Assembly (NCBI GenBank): GCA_951406725.2
Contig: OX597821.1
Span: forward strand, 40,362,001 to 40,426,000
Direction of reading: 5' to 3'
DNA length: 64,000 nucleotides
Origin: Octopus vulgaris
Taxonomy: Eukaryota
The notes beneath the pieces are model-generated. The model searched no databases. It was not told the DNA's origin and was given only the letters and a program-made list of their open reading frames with translations. Position numbers and translations under genes: made by a program. Each line of letters opens with the position of its first letter. Position 1 is the stretch's first letter. Below, piece by piece: positions 63,533-64,000 of the stretch.

Positions 63533-64000
63533 TACATATATATTAGCAGAATGAGTATTTTGACTCCTGAAAAATGCATCAACAGACAAACAGAATGTAA
63601 AAAATATAACACATTTCAAAATCTCTAAATCCATCATTGTGTTTTTTTATAAATCTTCTGCTACACTAAGAAAGTTAAAGGGTGAATAGAATTATAAGAA
63701 AAACAAAAAAGCATTTTAAGTGAAATCAATTAAGTAGAAGAGAAAAATGAGACACAAATTGCTCTGACATAAGCCTTATTGTAATTGTTGACTAAAGAAT
63801 ATTAAAGACCTGTTAGATTTATGTCTGATTTCAATAGACAGTTCCAATAAATAATAGATTTCTAATCTGCATTCATTATTTTCTCTTTGTTTAACATTAG
63901 TACTTTGTTAAACTAGGGAAGCTGTTGAATTTGTGATGCAGATTAAGTAATGTTCAGTGTTATTAAACTGTTATTATGCATCATTGGCGTTCCTGAAGGA

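Overview
This is AT-rich eukaryotic DNA dense in microsatellites and repeats. The SINE and simple-repeat landscape most resembles an octopus (coleoid cephalopod) intronic or intergenic region; that is an inference, not a database result. No intact host gene is evident, and only one or two weak exon candidates were seen. Nearly all ORFs in the track are microsatellite translations or transposon debris. The window contains at least four tRNA-derived SINE families, 5'-truncated RTE-type LINEs with (GAT)n tails, R4/Dong-like and Tx1-like fragments, mariner and hAT remnants with MITEs, a piggyBac-like MITE, a non-autonomous Helitron and a Penelope-like GIY-YIG remnant. The main signal is about 15 minimal type-I hammerhead ribozyme (HHR) motifs from several unrelated sequence families. 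Most lie in head-to-head inverted-repeat elements with outward-pointing HHRs and a one-sided 3' tail, and most are flanked by (TA)n. One family (30094-31030, with a relative at 22271-22606) joins a Pol III tRNA-like head to an HHR in a palindromic dimer. It is a candidate SINE-retrozyme hybrid mobilised by Penelope-like elements (PLEs). All motifs were read by eye; no folding, alignment or search was run.
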